In this document: one piece after another, positions 60,158 to 64,000 of the stretch
Layout of the letters: each line of letters begins with the position of its first letter
Numbering within the stretch: position 1 is the stretch's first letter
NCBI RefSeq assembly: GCF_001447785.1
Contig: NW_015173673.1
Coordinates: forward strand, 849,214-913,213
Direction of reading: 5' to 3'
Source: Gekko japonicus
Taxonomy: Eukaryota
Length of the DNA stretch: 64,000 nt
Program-made: the position numbers and the translations under genes
The notes under the pieces: model-generated
What the model was told of the DNA's origin: nothing
The model's input: only the letters and a program-made list of their open reading frames with translations
Databases searched by the model: none

Positions 60158-62202
60158 ATGAGTTTTAGTCCACAGAAATTTATGCTTTTGTTAATCTTCA
60201 AGGTGTCCTAGAATTCTTTGTCTTACATAGTGAAATGATTGCCTATTTGGAAGCTGAACTCAACTTTGAGTTTTTTGTTGTTCGCCCTGTCCCCTTCCTC
60301 TGTTCCCCCTGTTTCATTACAAGCTTTGGGGGCAGGAATCCATTCTTAGTCTTTCATTATGTGATGTTATCATCCACTGATCCTCTTGGATAAAGGTGCT
60401 GTACAAATTTTAAAATTGCAAATATACTGAATGGACCTTGCCATCCACATGCCAAGTCTCTCAAGCTTTTGTGATTAGCTTTCAAATTATGACTATCTGA
60501 TTATACTTTGTTCTAAATGTGCAGACGTGTTCTGTGACTTGTCACTAAAATTTTGTTTTGACAAGTTCCCTGGTGCGTCTTCATCTGCCACCTGCATTAG
60601 TAGACAGTCTTGACAACATAATGCTATAAAACGTCCATATGCTAGGATATTGGTGATCTCCTCGGCTGTTCTGTCACAGATTGCTCTCTGCAGGTCCTTT
60701 TGACCAATGTTTTATCCATAATGTTATATCCATAATAACCTTTAAAGATCCCAGGGTGAAGAAAAACATCAGATTTTTTAAAAAGCAGTTCTTATTTTCA
60801 CCTATGCAATTTTAAATATTATACAAGCATGTTAAAGTTGTTTTTTTCCTCATTTACAGGGTGGTTTTCTGGATAAGAAGAACAAATGTTTCTGACTTTT
60901 GAGGGGGCATGCAATATATTATATAGGGTTGCTAGGCTCCCCACTGGTCACTCTTGTTTCCTACCATCAATTTTTTAAAAAACCAGCATCATACATGGTG
61001 TGTTATCGTTTCTGGGGAAAATCTGGAGTGACACCATATAGCTCTAGGAATCAGAGGAAGCTCTATGGTAAAAGCAATTCCTAGAGTGACATGATGTAAA
61101 ATGGAAGATCTTTCACCTTACTGCTCACAAATTTACTGGAAACAAAATTGGGCTGTTAATTTGAGAGTTGGTCCACATGGGATTAGAAATATAGTAATCT
61201 TGGTTACATTTGGTTTCCATTATTGTATGAAGATGGAAGAGTAAAAGCTGTTAGACAGCCAAACAGGCAATCCTTTAAAATGAGCTTAACTGGCATAATC
61301 CCACAATCAGAGCTGCTTAAGGAATGCCTCGGTGAAATAAAATGCCCAAGTGAAAGCTCCTGGCTTTTTTCCAGAGTGGTAAAGCAGTTTCTTTTATTTG
61401 GTGTGTTCCTTGAAATGAGCTAGATATGTGGTTCCCAAATGTGTGTAAGTGGACCTACTAGTTGATCCCATGTGATAATTCGGACATAATTCTTCCCCCA
61501 TCTGTCTTTGTGCATCAGCATTTTATATTAATTCTTCACGTCCTAGTTCCCTGTTTAGCTCCCCTCCATTGCTTTGGATCTACAAGAGTGGGTGTATCAG
61601 ATAAACATAGGAGAAAGTAATTGTTAAGAGAGCCTGTAAACATGGTTTGTGGATAGACTGTTAGCAAGACTGTTCTTGGCTGGCCAGAGATCAGCAAGAG
61701 GGGTGGATACGTAAGCTGTGGTTTCTTAGGCAGGAAATAGTCCAAAAAGGGAAAGTTGAAGGCAGAATAGTAATCGCATGGGGAAATCAACAGAAAGGTT
61801 AGATTGTTCTTGAAGTTGAATGATTATAGTCTGGGAACATTAGGGAAGGCATTAATTAACTCACCTACTAATAGAATAAGCTTCTCTTGGCAAGCTATCA
61901 CCAGCCAAAATGGGCATAGGTCCAATTTGTGACTGATCAGTCTTTTGGCCCAAGCGCACATCCTAAGTATTGTTGTGTGTTTGTGGCAGAAACACAAATA
62001 GTGGTGAATCTATTAGCTAAAGAGAATCTGTGTGACTTCATCACAGTTGCAGGACCCTCTTATTCCCTAGGTTCTGCTTTGCAGTCCTCTTTACCCATAC
62101 TTAGATTTTTCTAAGGAAAGTGGGCAAATTTTTGGAAGTTTTAGATAACTATACTGTGTGTGTTAATTATTCCACTTGCTGTGTTTTGTTTTATATTCTA
62201 TA

Positions 62203-63756
62203 CTAGGAAAAAGGCCCGTTGTGGAAATAAATACAATGGTCTCCAGAAAGAGGCTTTGGGTGGGTGCCCCGGCCTTGGACACTCAGTGTCAATTTGCTGT
62301 GGCGACCTCAGCAGGGTATAATGACACTGAGTCCAGCATTTTCTCCAGAGAAACTGATGTCTGCTACATAAAGAACAGTTGTAATTTTGAGTTATCTCCA
62401 GCCCTCACCTGGAGACTGGCAACAATGGTTCCCCAGAAGGGAATGGTTGGTTTGGAGGGTGGAGTCTATGGCTTTGTACCTATCCGAGGTCCCACCCCTC
62501 CTGAACACTCACCCTCTCCAGGCTCCCTCCCTCATATATCCAGGAATTTCCCACCTGGAGTTGGCAACTGTAACGATTCCTTGTTTTTGTGGGTGTGTCT
62601 CTTTAAAAGTTTGGTTGCATGGCTGTGGTAGAGAGANNNNNNNNNNNNNNNNNNNNNNNNNNNNNNNNNNNNNNNNNNNNNNNNNNNNNNNNNNNNNNNN
62701 NNNNNNNNNNNNNNNNNNNNNNNNNNNNNNNNNNNNNNNNNNNNNNNNNNNNNNNNNNNNNNNNNNNNNNNNNNNNNNNNNNNNNNNNNNNNNNNNNNNN
62801 NNNNNNNNNNNNNNNNNNNNNNNNNNNNNNNNNNNNNNNNNNNNNNNNNNNNNNNNNNNNNNNNNNNNNNNNNNNNNNNNNNNNNNNNNNNNNNNNNNNN
62901 NNNNNNNNNNNNNNNNNNNNNNNNNNNNNNNNNNNNNNNNNNNNNNNNNNNNNNNATAAATCTTTTTTTATTCAAGTTTACACAGCTCTGAATGAAATAC
63001 TTCTCAGGACCACATAGTTCCTCGTAAGCCTTGAACTCGGTCTACCAAACTAAAAAGAGCAACAGTAGAAGCATAAAGGTTTGGAAATCCTTAAAATTTC
63101 CTGGTGGCAGCAGAATGTACCCAGTTAAACATAATAAAGGGAACTTTTAAAGTGAAACTAGTCCTCCCCAATAAGGAGGACGTCACAGCAACCCTATCTC
63201 CTTCCTAGCCAATCATCAACCTACCTTTATTTCCCCCTCTTCAGCTTTCCACACACACCCCACACACTTGCAGCCTCTCCCGTGCTCTGAAACCCTGACA
63301 GCTACATCACATTGGCTGTCATATGGGGGCCACCTCAGCAGCATATAAGGATACAGAGCCCACCATTTTCTCCAGGGGAACTGATCTCTGCCATCTAGAA
63401 AGCAGTTGTAATTCTGAGTGATCTCCAGCCCTCACCTGGAGATTGGACACATTTTGCCTCAGAACAGCAAAACTGTTTAGAATGTTAGAGGCAAAAGCCA
63501 ATCAAGTCGCATATGCAAATGACCTCTGTGTTCCAAGGCAAAGGCCAATAAGGCTGCATAACCTCTGTGTTCTGACTGGCTATGGGGGGGGAGACGAACA
63601 GCAAACTGTTTAGAACATTGGAGGCGAGATTCAAGCAGCGCAGCCAGTGGATAGGGACAGATTCTGAGTGACACACCAGGGCGCCAACCAATTCCGGAGC
63701 ATGTGGAATGTTCTAGAGAAGTGCCACCACCATTCAGCTTTTATATATAAAGGAGA
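62203..63756 (-). mobile_element. Non-autonomous Helitron copy 2 (contains a solo LTR)
   Basis: On minus: A|TCTCCTTTATATATAAAAG start, CCATTGT..ACAACGG hairpin ~10 nt before CTAG|T. Confidence 0.8.
62569..63187. mobile_element. Solo LTR inserted in Helitron copy 2 (spans gap 62637-62955)
   Basis: TGTAAC ... GTCACA termini, 5-bp TSD GCAAC. The empty site is visible in copy 1 (ttggcaaccctatc, ~55710). Confidence 0.8.
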
Positions 63757-64000
63757 TATGTGTCATCTTGATAGCATGTGATTCTAATCCTCAGTGAACT
63801 GGTAAATAGGTCTTCAGTCTTTTCTGGCTGTTAGCAATGTTAGTATTTGGGAGTGGTGAATGTCTATTTGTATAAGGTACAAAAGGTTGCCAGCATTTAT
63901 ACAAAAGTAACAAAATAGTAGACCTTGTTGTAAGGCAAGTAATGTCTTAGCCAAAAGTCATGATCTAGCACACAGATAGCTGTAGTCTTGCCTTTATGGG

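Overview
This is vertebrate genomic DNA from a squamate reptile. The Sauria SINE, BovB, CR1 and Penelope relics point to a lizard, possibly a gecko; the species cannot be fixed from sequence alone. Two genes diverge head-to-head from one CpG island at about 31.4-32.85 kb. RAD52 is complete on the minus strand: 11 coding exons from 25226 down to 3143, all with GT-AG introns and consistent phases, giving 400 aa, plus a probable non-coding exon 1 in the island. The 5' part of ERC1 (ELKS/RAB6IP2) is on the plus strand: a probable non-coding exon 1 and first coding exon 43915-44736 (223 codons). The rest is intronic and packed with nested mobile DNA that can be resolved by termini and target-site duplications (TSDs). 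It includes two CR1 LINEs, one L1 fragment nested in a CR1, many hAT MITEs, three solo LTRs, two non-autonomous Helitrons, a ~750-bp non-autonomous DIRS1-type element, BovB, L2, SINEs and Penelope hammerhead relics. The best candidate for something undescribed is a pair of RT-less, L1-mobilised retroposon-like elements (48999-51626 and ~53651-54910) that encode related small helical proteins. I see no prokaryote-type system (CRISPR, operons), and most ORFs in the supplied track are spurious. Three assembly gaps (8411-8990, 28170-28446, 62637-62955) lie inside repeats. Gene and family names rest on my recognition of motifs, not on database searches.
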